The translations under genes and the position numbers were made by a program. Under the pieces are notes generated by a model that made no database searches, had not been told where the DNA came from, and saw only the letters and a list, made by a program, of their open reading frames with translations. Below are positions 1 to 9,751 of a stretch of 42,032 nucleotides of DNA, in pieces. The DNA is from Methanosphaera sp. SHI613 (GTDB taxonomy: Archaea > Methanobacteriota > Methanobacteria > Methanobacteriales > Methanobacteriaceae), in contig MVJJ01000092.1 of assembly GCA_003266145.1 (NCBI GenBank), positions 1 through 42,032 on the forward strand. The letters run 5' to 3'. The stretch's first letter is position 1. Each line of letters begins with the position of its first letter.

Positions 1-44
1 CAACCTCAGATTCAACAGCAACATTAAACATATTTTTAAAATAA
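1..44 (+). CDS. 3' end of an upstream gene, possibly an adhesin-like protein (partial)
   Basis: Frame from position 3 reads TSDSTATLNIFLK then TAA at 42-44; resembles the terminal beta-strand of adhesin Ig-like repeats (compare ENTAVLTVN ending at 9750). Only 13 codons are visible. Confidence 0.4.
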   Translation, partial: TSDSTATLNIFLK

Positions 45-60
45 ACTAGGGTAATATAAT

Positions 61-752
61 GTGGATAATTTTATAATAAAAGAAAACAATAACTTAAAAG
101 CTAAAAATCGTTTTATGAAGACCCCTACCTTAATAGTTTAATCAACATACTAGTTGAAATAGAAGATTATTCTGAAATACATGAATATGTTAGGGACATG
201 TTCTATTTAAAAAGTTTAGATGAATATAAGAAATACTTACCCCTTATTTTAACAGTAAATGAGAACTCAATAGAATTAGTAATGAAAATTTACAATATAT
301 TCATAGAATGGAATGCCTTCGAAAAATACAATCTTGGAGAATTACGAGGAACTTTTCTAGAAATATTGACATATAAATTACTAAATAAAAAAGGAAAAGG
401 AGAAATTTATAAAGAAGTAAACATAATTCTTGGCAAATACACCAGTCACACATGGGATATAATACTAAAATTAAATAACTCCATTAACTTACTTGAAGCT
501 AAATTTTCTTCTAACGTATTAAAAAGAAAGCATTTAAACCAAATGATAAGTTCTTTCAACAAATTACCAAATTCTTATATATTTCTAGTATCTTATGATG
601 AAAAAACTATTATAAAAGACAAATTAATAAATTTAAAAGAGAATACAACCCAATCAAAGTATGATTCAATACTACATAATATCAACATCATTTCAATAGA
701 AAACTTTAATCAAAATAATATTCCTTACCAAATACATCTTTTAAGTCATTGA
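61..752 (+). pseudogene. PD-(D/E)XK-like nuclease, paralog A, with a -1 frameshift at 111-114
   Basis: AGGGTA RBS, then GTG at 61 reads MDNFIIKENNNLKAKNRF. Adding one T to the T4 run at 111-114 continues YEDPYLNSLINIL...DMFYLK into ORF 198-752, giving 230 aa colinear with the 229-aa paralog. Motifs GELRGTFLE, HTWDII, LEAKFS. Confidence 0.75.
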
Positions 753-783
753 AAATTAACAGACAAAAAAATTTAAAAAATAT

Positions 784-987
784 GAAATAGTATTCAAGAT
801 CAACGGTAATACTGTTTAGGATGCTAATGGTAAAGTAATCTATGCAAAAGTAACCAACGGTACAGTAAGTGTTGATTACACATTACCTGAAACATACAAA
901 GCAGGTAACTACACTGTAACTGCTACTTTCATTGCATCTGGTTATGATAAACTTGTAGCAACTGAAACTTTAACTTTTACAACATAA
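784..987 (+). pseudogene. Remnant of an adhesin-like protein C-terminal Ig-like repeat
   Basis: Reads EIVFKINGNTV*DANGKVIYAKVTNGTVSVDYTLPETYKAGNYTVTATFIASGYDKLVATETLTFTT*, colinear with the last repeat of 5005-9750 (KIVFKINGKTVKDENGKVIYAKV...). In-frame TAG at 817-819 replaces Lys; no 5' part present. Confidence 0.9.
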
Positions 988-1000
988 CAGTTAAAATATC

Positions 1001-1042
1001 AAATGGAGAGTTATATAACTCTTCATTTTATACCACTTTTTT
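1001..1042 (+). terminator. Hairpin plus T-tract after the adhesin remnant
   Basis: AAATGGAGAGTT-atat-AACTCTTCATTT near-perfect inverted repeat followed by T runs. Confidence 0.6.
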
Positions 1043-1249
1043 TATAGAACTAGTTTTTATCAGTTTTTCATAATAGATAATATTAAAAATTATATTTTAT
1101 TCTTCGCTATGCATGCCTATAACGAAATAAAAATAAAATATTGTATTGAGAGAGGTTAGATTTAATTAAAATACGAAAATGGAATGATTAAAAATATCAA
1201 ATATATTAAATATTTGTTATTGAGATTTAGAGAATATTTATCATTAAAT

Positions 1250-1939
1250 TCAATCCATTAAAAAAGGATTTCCTCTACTAAAATCTTCCAAATCAATTAT
1301 ATTAAATCTATTTATCATCTCAGCATACTTCGTCTCTTTAGTATTAAACTGTAAATATTTTAATCTTCGATTTATCTTTTCTCGTGGTGTATAAAAAACT
1401 AGTATTACTTTATGATTTAAATCATTTAATTTGTTCATTAAAGCAATCATTTGATCTATATGTTTTCTTCTAAGTGATTGATAAGAAAACTTACATTCAT
1501 ATAAATATAATTCATCATCATCTACTATTATATCCCATGTATGGCTAATATAATCCACAATACGTACTCTTGATTCTCTATAAATACTACATTCAGCATA
1601 TTGATTATTTAATATATTATATGATAATAATTCTAAAAAATTACCTCTTAATTCACCCAAATCATATTTTTCAAATGGTAACCATGTTATGAACAATCTA
1701 TATATTTGTTCTATTTCACAAATAGACTCTGGATAAGTCATATTAAATAAATAAAATTGATTATCATAATCCTTCATATTTTTTAAATAAAACATGACAT
1801 TTATAAAAGTGTTCAATCCAGAAACACTTGCATAATTAATAGCATAGTTAATTAACTTGTTTAAATAATAATCTTTCTCAAATTTTTCCTTGGATTTCAG
1901 ATTATTATTATTTTCTTCAATAAGTATATTCACAGACAC
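1250..1939 (-). CDS. PD-(D/E)XK-like nuclease, paralog B (intact)
   Basis: 229 aa, GTG start with GAAGGT RBS. Motifs GELRGNFLE, HTWDIIVDD, YECKFS give the E...D...ExK restriction-endonuclease-fold pattern; clearly homologous to 61-752. Confidence 0.75.
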   Translation of the reverse strand: MSVNILIEENNNNLKSKEKFEKDYYLNKLINYAINYASVSGLNTFINVMFYLKNMKDYDNQFYLFNMTYPESICEIEQIYRLFITWLPFEKYDLGELRGNFLELLSYNILNNQYAECSIYRESRVRIVDYISHTWDIIVDDDELYLYECKFSYQSLRRKHIDQMIALMNKLNDLNHKVILVFYTPREKINRRLKYLQFNTKETKYAEMINRFNIIDLEDFSRGNPFLMD

Positions 1940-1951
1940 TACCTTCTATAA

Positions 1952-2344
1952 TTAAAATCCAACATAATTATCTTCTTTATCAAACACGTTTAATTCATTT
2001 AAAATCTGACCTAACGTATATAATCCTTCTGTTAAACATTCAACATCATTATCTTCGATACCCTGATTGACTAATATTTCACTAATTCCTATAGCACCAA
2101 CTATTTTGGAATATTCCTGATAAGTTTCAACATTTAATTTCTTATATGCAGAATAATTAAGTTCATTAATATATTCATAATCTTCTGAATAAACAGTACA
2201 ACCATCCTCTTCCAACTTATTAAATGCATCAAGAACTTTATTATTAAAATCAACTATTTTACTAAATATTGAAGATGAATAATTAACAATTTCCAAGTTA
2301 TGATTAAAATCCTTATTATTTTTTATTTCATTTAAAGATTTCAT
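1952..2344 (-). CDS. Small acidic hypothetical protein, probably co-transcribed with nuclease B
   Basis: ORF 1952-2368; likely ATG at 2344 (MKSLNE) after AAGGAAG RBS. Its stop is 12 nt from the nuclease B start. Confidence 0.7.
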   Translation of the reverse strand: MKSLNEIKNNKDFNHNLEIVNYSSSIFSKIVDFNNKVLDAFNKLEEDGCTVYSEDYEYINELNYSAYKKLNVETYQEYSKIVGAIGISEILVNQGIEDNDVECLTEGLYTLGQILNELNVFDKEDNYVGF

Positions 2345-2428
2345 AGTAATTACTTCCTTAAACATCACATCATAAACATATGACTATATATATTTATTTA
2401 ATATTTATTATTTTTTTTTAACTATAGA

Positions 2429-4632
2429 CGAGTTTTGACCTAAATTATTTAAGGTCGTAGATTCTAATTTAACTTTTTTTAATTATGAATATCATTTAAT
2501 TGTTGTTTATAAATCTATTTTTTAAGTATTTGTTTAAAATAAGTTCTTTTTTTGAAGGTTAGAGGTATTTTGTAGTATGATTTCTAAAATGATGGAATTT
2601 TGTGGAAAACCATTATTTTAGTTCATTAATTTTTCGCGTAATAATGTTTTATTGTTATTGTTATTTATACTTTTGTAGTGTTTTTTGGTGTGCGTGGGGG
2701 ATGGTGTGTTGTTTGGGGTTTTTCCATTATTATGAGGAGGGAGGTTAGTATTTTTTTAGGTTGTTTTATATTTGTTTATTGTATTTTGGATGAATGTTAT
2801 GTATCTTTTATCTTCTTTAAGTGTTGTTTTTAGTGTTTCGAAGATTTTCTTTAGGTTGTAGGCGGTTGCATAGAGTTGTAGTATGTTTTCTATTTTTTTC
2901 TCGTCCTCTGTAGAATATTGTGTCTAGGTGGTAGAATTGTTTTAATGTGCCGAATGGTGATTCTACTGTGGGTGCTCGTTGTTTGTATATTTTTTTCGCG
3001 TTTTTTTCTTGCATTTTGGTTATCATTTCTCTTTTTTCTGGTGATCCGTAGATTGTGTATGTTTTATGGTGTTGTTTTTCTGTTAAACATTCTTCTTGTA
3101 GTGGACAGTCACGGCAGGCTTCTGTATTAACGTATATTCTCTTGGTTTCGTCAGGTAGTCCTTTGGCTGTTTTCTTTTCATCATGAACGATGTATGTGTA
3201 TTCGTTGAAGAGTGGGTATCCCATGAAGCATTCTATGTAGTTTTCCTCGTAATGTATTTTTACGTTGTCTAAACTAAAAGGGTTGGTTCTTATTTTGCCT
3301 TTGTCTATTCTGGATTGTGTTGCGTTGTAAATGTATCCTTCTATGTTTTCTTCTTTTAGGAATGAGAATGTGGTTTCGGTGTTGTATCCTGCATCGGCTA
3401 ATACTTCTTCTGGTTTTTCTAGACTGTTTTCTATTGCTCTTTGTAGTGTTGGTGGTAGTTCATAGTGATCTGTAGCATTCTGTGATGCATAAATGCTTAA
3501 AAATAACTGTGACGTTGTATCAACACAAGTTTGAATATTATATGAAATTTGCTTCTTTTTCTTCTTATTCAACATCCAACGTGCATCCGGATCATATAAT
3601 GGTATTTTCTTTTTACCATATATCCGCATTTGGATTTTGCTTCCTCTAGAAACATTATCTTTTGTTCAACAGTCATGTTCTTGTTATAATAAAATTTTTG
3701 TGCAGGCTTTTTGAGTAAAGCAACCTCATTACTTCCATATCGCTCATTTTTAAGAATTATTAACAGTCTTCTTAAATCTTTCTTTGTAATATAATTAAAA
3801 GGAGCATTACACGCCTTTAATATAGTACCATCAATAGCAACCCGATTAAAACAGGTTATACCATAATCATATGCAAACAACAGTGTTTTAGATAGAATTT
3901 CCTGATAATAATTCCGAAAATATTCCCTATAACGCCGGACACTAGTACGCGAAACACTAACACCCTCCATAATCAACTTAAACACCGAATCAGTCTTCGT
4001 AAACTCTGATATATCTCCAGGAGAAAACTGTTTAATCACATGACAATATAATATTAAAGTCAACATTTTCTTAGCATCCAAACGTGGCCTACCACGCTCT
4101 TTACATTCAAAAGCTTCATAAATCGAGCTACAATACATTTCTACAAAGAACATCACAAAAAACACAACATGATCTTCATCAATATCCTCGATATAACGTC
4201 TTTCCACAAAATTTTTCAAAGATTCATCAAACTTCTTAGAAATCATAAACCATCATCACGCGAAAAATTAATACTAAAATTACTTTAAATCAAATAAAAA
4301 GAATATAACAAAATCCATATAATCTAATTCTAATAAAAAAACTATAAATTTATGTATAACTAATTATATACTATTTAATTTAATTATAACTAATTAAAAA
4401 TATAGAATTAATAATATAAATACTTAATTATAAAATAATAATAAAAATAAAAGATTAAAACAAAGAAAAATAGTAAAAACTACGAAATAATAATAAAAAT
4501 AGATTTAAAAGTATTACATATGTTTTATGGAAATAAGAAAATAAGAAATATTAAGAAGTTTACTTAAAAATAGAATGATTTAAAATGATTAAATAAGAAA
4601 ATAAGTTAGTACATATTTTTGGTCAAAATTCG
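2429..4632 (-). mobile_element. IS1182-family-like insertion sequence (~2.2 kb)
   Basis: Imperfect 20-bp terminal inverted repeats: CGAGTTTTGACCTAAATTAT (2429-2448) and ATATTTTTGGTCAAAATTCG (4613-4632), 17/20 match, enclosing a DDE transposase. Target-site duplication is ambiguous (GA/GA or AGAC/GGAC). Confidence 0.85.
2756..4246 (-). pseudogene. IS1182-like DDE transposase with two frameshifts
   Basis: N-terminal GRPRLDAKKMLTLILY; catalytic AIDGT, LADAGY, VESPFG; YDPDARWM; CRDCPLQEEC. One A missing at 3635-3638 and one extra A at 2893-2899. Repaired frame is 496 aa and ends ...EKIENILQLYATAYNLKKIF...KYKTT* at 2756. Confidence 0.85.
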
Positions 4633-4866
4633 GACATTCTTATCTAAACTAAAAAGATATTGTACACCTCACATATTCTTATTATCGAATAAGTATTACT
4701 TTTTATCACTTCACGTTGAAATATATTACAGGTCCATGTTTTATTTGAAAAAAATCGTTTATCTTTCAATTCATTATCTACAGTATAAATGATATGTCTA
4801 TTGAAGACTATATCATCCCATTAATTCATTGATTAATTTTTACATTTTTTTATCAAGTTACTAATT

Positions 4867-4979
4867 TTTAAATATGAGTAATTACATATGTAATGTCATA
4901 TTAACTTAATTTTAAATTATTAAAAGAATACTTTAATATAATTTTTAATAGTGTATTATTACAATGAAAGTTAATATGA
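4867..4979 (+). promoter_or_regulatory. Putative adhesin promoter: TATA box, palindrome and leader hairpin
   Basis: TTTAAATA at 4867-4874; perfect palindrome ATTACATATGTAAT at 4881-4894; 12-bp inverted repeat TCATATTAACTT (4896-4907) / AAGTTAATATGA (4968-4979). Confidence 0.5.
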
Positions 4980-5004
4980 TGCAATTTATGGAGTTAAAAA
5001 AAAT

Positions 5005-8000
5005 ATGAATAGAAATTATAAGATCATGTTTTTATTAGCTTCTTTAATAGTATTGCTTGTTGGTATCTCAGCAATATCCGCTGCAGACACCACGGGTAAC
5101 ATAACAGTCGAACAAACAACTGCTACCGGTACATCAATAGATAATACCGTGGCAGATACACAAGATACTGTTAAAGTTGATAATAATAACATTAAAAGTG
5201 TAGAAAAAAATAATAAGAATGTTAAATCAGAACCGGAAACAAGCGTAGATTACTACGTATCTGACTCAACAGGTTCAGATGAAAACGATGGTTCACAGGA
5301 AACACCATTTAAAACAATTGGTGCAGCAATAGATAAGACAACCGCCGACAATGTATATAACATACACATCAAGGAAGGAACATACAGTGGCGTAGGTAAC
5401 ACCAACCTTACAGTAAACGGTGACTACTTCATAAACTTCCTCGGAGACGGTACAGATAAAACAATCATAGATGGTGAACTAAACTATACAATAAATCCAA
5501 ACCCTGGATGGGTATGGGATAGTTCAGATACTTGGTGGCCATGGGTAAACACTACCGGAAACTGGTTTATGAACATAACCGCAGGTAACGGATCATTTGT
5601 AGTGGACAACTTTAAAATACAGAACTGTTACTCATCCAGTGGAAGTAGTATTGCCGCATGTTACAGTGCAACCATAGATAACTATGCTAATCTTAAGGCA
5701 ACAAACATGTACTTCTATCATAACTCAGCAGGTTGTGGAGCAGGTATAAGAAACGGTTACAAAAAATTCAATCCAAGTGCAACATTATATGTTGACAACT
5801 GTACCTTCGACAGTAACCTTAAATCAACAACAACAGGTAACTTTGGAGCAGCAGTATATAACAATGCAACAGCAGTTATAAACAATTCATTTGTAACCAA
5901 TAACATAGCACGTTGGGGTAGTGTAACAACCGATAAGACAATGTATGTATACAACACCTACTTTGCAAACAACATAGGATATGACGGTACAAGTACATAT
6001 AAGAATGGTCCATCAATATATGCAAACACGGGTAATGCAGACTTCAATATTGCATATGATACTGAAGGATTATTATTACACGTTGAAGGTTGTACCTTTG
6101 AGGACAACGAACACGTTGACATTACATATGGTAAAGTAAATTCAAGAATCATAAACAATACATTCAACCACTCTACAGGTGTATACATTACATCAGGTGC
6201 AAAAAATGAATACTCACAGATAATTGCAAACAATCAATTTATTGATATGCAACCATCAACCCTTACAACATCAATGTCATCAACAACCAAACCATCATGG
6301 GGAATATACAACCTTGGTGGTGTTCAATTACTAATTGAAAACAACACAATCGACGTACCGGATGACAAGTATGGATATGGTATATACACGGCAAACAATG
6401 CAACAATCAGAAACAACACATTAAACAACAACATATACATAACTGGAAAAAACAACACCATAGAAAACAACACAGTTAACACTACAAAAGACTATGCAGT
6501 ACAAGGTACAAATGCAGGAACCAATAATACAATTGTAAACAACACTCTATATGCAAACAGTGGAGACGGTGAGTTCTCAATAAGTGTAAATACAAATAAT
6601 ATCATAGCAGACAATCTACCAAAAGTAGAAACTTATAACATTACAGATGAAACCTACTCAGAGTACTTTGATGAAAATGGTGTGGAAATAGCAGATAAGT
6701 TCCAGCCGGGAAGTAAAGTGAACATTATCGATGCATTCAACAATAAGAACTTCACATTCAACACAGGAAAACTAACAGTTGTAGGAGTAAATGCTGTATT
6801 AAACAATGCTTCAGTTTCAATAATAGGTGATGCACAGATATTACTGGATAACGTGACAATCAACAATATGAATGTATCAAATGAATATGCAGTATTATTT
6901 AACTCATCAGTAGCATCAAAGATGACAAGAAGCAAAGTAATCATTGACACCGACAGTAAAATCAATGCAATAGTACTTGCAAGTGATGCCAACAAATTAC
7001 AAAACGTGTCAATAACCATTGATGCAAAAGATGTTGCAAGTCAATGGGTAGAAGTAGATGGTACATGGGTTGGACTTGGAAATACAATTGCAATAGCAGT
7101 AAGATCATCCGATAACTACATAAACCTTACAAACATTACAATCAGAGCTAAAGATAATTCCGAAGCTTACAGTAGTATATATGGTATAGATATACAATCA
7201 GGAAATCCAAACATTATATTAACTGGTAACACATTATATAATGTAAGAATAAACGCTTCAAGTGTAAATACAGGATACTCCTATGGAGTTAACATGATAG
7301 GTGTAAAAGACACTTCATCAAGTATGACCTGGATTAACGCTACAAGTGACAACTATGCATATGGATTACAGTTATCAGGACAATCCTCTGACAACACCCT
7401 AGCAGGATACATCTATGCTACAGCTGGTGACACTGCATATGGTGCTTACGTAAGTAATATGGGCGGTAACGGCATAAACAACAACAACTTATCCAAAATA
7501 TACTTACAGGGCATTGAAGGTGCAAACGCTGTAGGATTCCAACTTGAAGGAATAAACGGTACACTCATAGGTAACGCAACATTCGTAATGGAAGGTCAAC
7601 AAAACACATTAGTTAATGTTACAAACTCAAACAACACAGTATTATATGGAATAAACTACAACAACAAAGAAGATGACAATGAAAACTCAGCATTTGTATT
7701 AGCAAACAATGTGGATGGAATACAATTATACCTAAACAGTTGGAACTCCACCGCAGGTAAAGGAATAATATTAGACAATGCTACAAACATCAACGTATCC
7801 AACAACTACTTCAACTTATACAACACAATCGGTGGAGATGACGCTGTAGTAACAGATGCTACCGATGCAATACTCGTAAACAACACCCCATCAATTAAGG
7901 TGATTACAGAAGAAAATTACTCCAACTTCTTCGATGAAAACGGAGTACTAAAAGAAGAAATAGTTTCAGACATACTCGGTATCGGATCAGACATAACCGG

Positions 8001-9750
8001 TAAGGACATGATATTCAACAGACCTGTAAACCTATACAATACAGGTGACTGCGTATTATACAACACAACACTAGTATTTAACGGTACATGGCCATCCGGA
8101 GTATATGCAAGTCCTAGATCAAACCTTTCAGGTATAATCATAGATAACGTTGACAAAGTTGCCGTCGTAACAGACCTTAACAACGACTACCAGTACTACT
8201 TATTTATTAACGACAGTACAATAAGAGTAACCGGTGAGAATGCTGTAGCAATAAACAGTACACAAGAACAAGGTACAAGTTATGTATACCTATTACTAAA
8301 CAGGGACAACATAACCGTATCCGGTAAAAACGCAACGGCATTAATATTTGTAGGAAACCAAACAGCAACTACAAGTGTAAATGGTGTGGCAGAAATCAGA
8401 AACTGTACAATAGATGTGACAGCAGAAGACACATCCATAGTATATGATGCAGCAAAAGAAAATGTTTATTTCTCATACAATAGAATAACACAAAGCGGAA
8501 ACACTGCATACACCATAAAAGCAGAAAATTATGGAATGGACTACTGGCAATACAACAACATAACCATAACCGCGGATAATGCAGCAGCATTCAAAGCAGA
8601 AAACAAAGTAAACACTTACACAGAATATGTAAGATACAACAACATTAACATTACAAGCAGCAACCCAACAACAGCAGTAGACATGACAAGTTCACAAAGA
8701 GTAACATTCAACTACAACAATGTAACAGTAAGCTCAGATAACGATGAAACACCAGTAGTATCAATTAACGGTGCATCTTCCTCAGTAACAAACAACTACA
8801 TTGCAGCAAATGACCTATTCGGTGACGATGCAGCAAACGCTGCTTCAGTATCAAACAATAAACCTGCCGACACAACAATTACCGCAGAATCAACTGTTGT
8901 GGCTTTAGGTGAAAACACTACCATTACAGGTAAAGTAACAGCAGGTACATCCGCAGTGGCAGACACCACATTAACCATAACTTATGGTGATGAAATAGTT
9001 GAAACAGTTACCGAAGAAGACGGAACATTTACCGCTTCAATAAAAACAGTTGCAGACGTTACAGACGTGACAATTTCCGCACCATTATCATACAATGGAA
9101 AACCTGCAACAGAAACAATATCAATTAAAACAGTTAAACCTAATACCCAAATCACGATTGAAACAATTAACCTAACTGCAGGCAATGTAGCAACAATCAA
9201 AGCTACCGTAACTGCAAGTGATGATTCAACTGTGACAAACGGTAAAGTAACATTCAAAGTTAACGGTAAAACACTAAAAGACGAAAATGGTAAAGTGATA
9301 TATGCAAAAGTAACTGATGGTGTAGCTACAGCTGAATATCTTGTACCAACAGATATGAACGGTAAGGATTTAAACATCACTGCAATTTATTCAGGAAGCA
9401 GCAAATTCAACAAATCAACAGAAAGCATTGTTGAAAGTGTTGCAAAAGCAGAACCAACACTTACAGTTGCTAATGTTACAGCTTCTGCAGGACAAACAAT
9501 CAACCTTACTGCTACCATTACCGATGGAGATAAACAAATCAACACCGGAAAAATAGTCTTTAAGATAAACGGTAAAACAGTTAAGGATGAAAACGGCAAA
9601 GTTATATATGCTAAAGTAGTAAATGGTCAGGTAAGCGTGGAATACACATTACCTGCTGATATGAAATCAAAAGATTATAATATCACAGCTACATTTATTT
9701 CATCCGATTATGATAAACTTGAAAATACTGCAGTTTTAACTGTTAACTAG
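5005..9750 (+). CDS. Adhesin-like protein (Asn/Thr-rich, beta-helix repeats, C-terminal Ig-like repeats)
   Basis: 1581 aa. Signal peptide (ISAISAAD), GSDENDGSQETPFKTI motif, parallel beta-helix repeats, two IT(D/E)E(T/N)YSxxFDENG repeats, two C-terminal VxFKxNGKTxKDENGKVIYAKV repeats typical of Methanosphaera adhesins. Confidence 0.92.
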   Translation: MNRNYKIMFLLASLIVLLVGISAISAADTTGNITVEQTTATGTSIDNTVADTQDTVKVDNNNIKSVEKNNKNVKSEPETSVDYYVSDSTGSDENDGSQETPFKTIGAAIDKTTADNVYNIHIKEGTYSGVGNTNLTVNGDYFINFLGDGTDKTIIDGELNYTINPNPGWVWDSSDTWWPWVNTTGNWFMNITAGNGSFVVDNFKIQNCYSSSGSSIAACYSATIDNYANLKATNMYFYHNSAGCGAGIRNGYKKFNPSATLYVDNCTFDSNLKSTTTGNFGAAVYNNATAVINNSFVTNNIARWGSVTTDKTMYVYNTYFANNIGYDGTSTYKNGPSIYANTGNADFNIAYDTEGLLLHVEGCTFEDNEHVDITYGKVNSRIINNTFNHSTGVYITSGAKNEYSQIIANNQFIDMQPSTLTTSMSSTTKPSWGIYNLGGVQLLIENNTIDVPDDKYGYGIYTANNATIRNNTLNNNIYITGKNNTIENNTVNTTKDYAVQGTNAGTNNTIVNNTLYANSGDGEFSISVNTNNIIADNLPKVETYNITDETYSEYFDENGVEIADKFQPGSKVNIIDAFNNKNFTFNTGKLTVVGVNAVLNNASVSIIGDAQILLDNVTINNMNVSNEYAVLFNSSVASKMTRSKVIIDTDSKINAIVLASDANKLQNVSITIDAKDVASQWVEVDGTWVGLGNTIAIAVRSSDNYINLTNITIRAKDNSEAYSSIYGIDIQSGNPNIILTGNTLYNVRINASSVNTGYSYGVNMIGVKDTSSSMTWINATSDNYAYGLQLSGQSSDNTLAGYIYATAGDTAYGAYVSNMGGNGINNNNLSKIYLQGIEGANAVGFQLEGINGTLIGNATFVMEGQQNTLVNVTNSNNTVLYGINYNNKEDDNENSAFVLANNVDGIQLYLNSWNSTAGKGIILDNATNINVSNNYFNLYNTIGGDDAVVTDATDAILVNNTPSIKVITEENYSNFFDENGVLKEEIVSDILGIGSDITGKDMIFNRPVNLYNTGDCVLYNTTLVFNGTWPSGVYASPRSNLSGIIIDNVDKVAVVTDLNNDYQYYLFINDSTIRVTGENAVAINSTQEQGTSYVYLLLNRDNITVSGKNATALIFVGNQTATTSVNGVAEIRNCTIDVTAEDTSIVYDAAKENVYFSYNRITQSGNTAYTIKAENYGMDYWQYNNITITADNAAAFKAENKVNTYTEYVRYNNINITSSNPTTAVDMTSSQRVTFNYNNVTVSSDNDETPVVSINGASSSVTNNYIAANDLFGDDAANAASVSNNKPADTTITAESTVVALGENTTITGKVTAGTSAVADTTLTITYGDEIVETVTEEDGTFTASIKTVADVTDVTISAPLSYNGKPATETISIKTVKPNTQITIETINLTAGNVATIKATVTASDDSTVTNGKVTFKVNGKTLKDENGKVIYAKVTDGVATAEYLVPTDMNGKDLNITAIYSGSSKFNKSTESIVESVAKAEPTLTVANVTASAGQTINLTATITDGDKQINTGKIVFKINGKTVKDENGKVIYAKVVNGQVSVEYTLPADMKSKDYNITATFISSDYDKLENTAVLTVN

Positions 9751-9751
9751 A

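Noticed and set aside
817..819. In-frame TAG as possible pyrrolysine read-through
   Set aside because: Methanobacteriales are not known to encode Pyl, the fragment has no start codon, and a single A-to-T change from a Lys AAG codon explains it.
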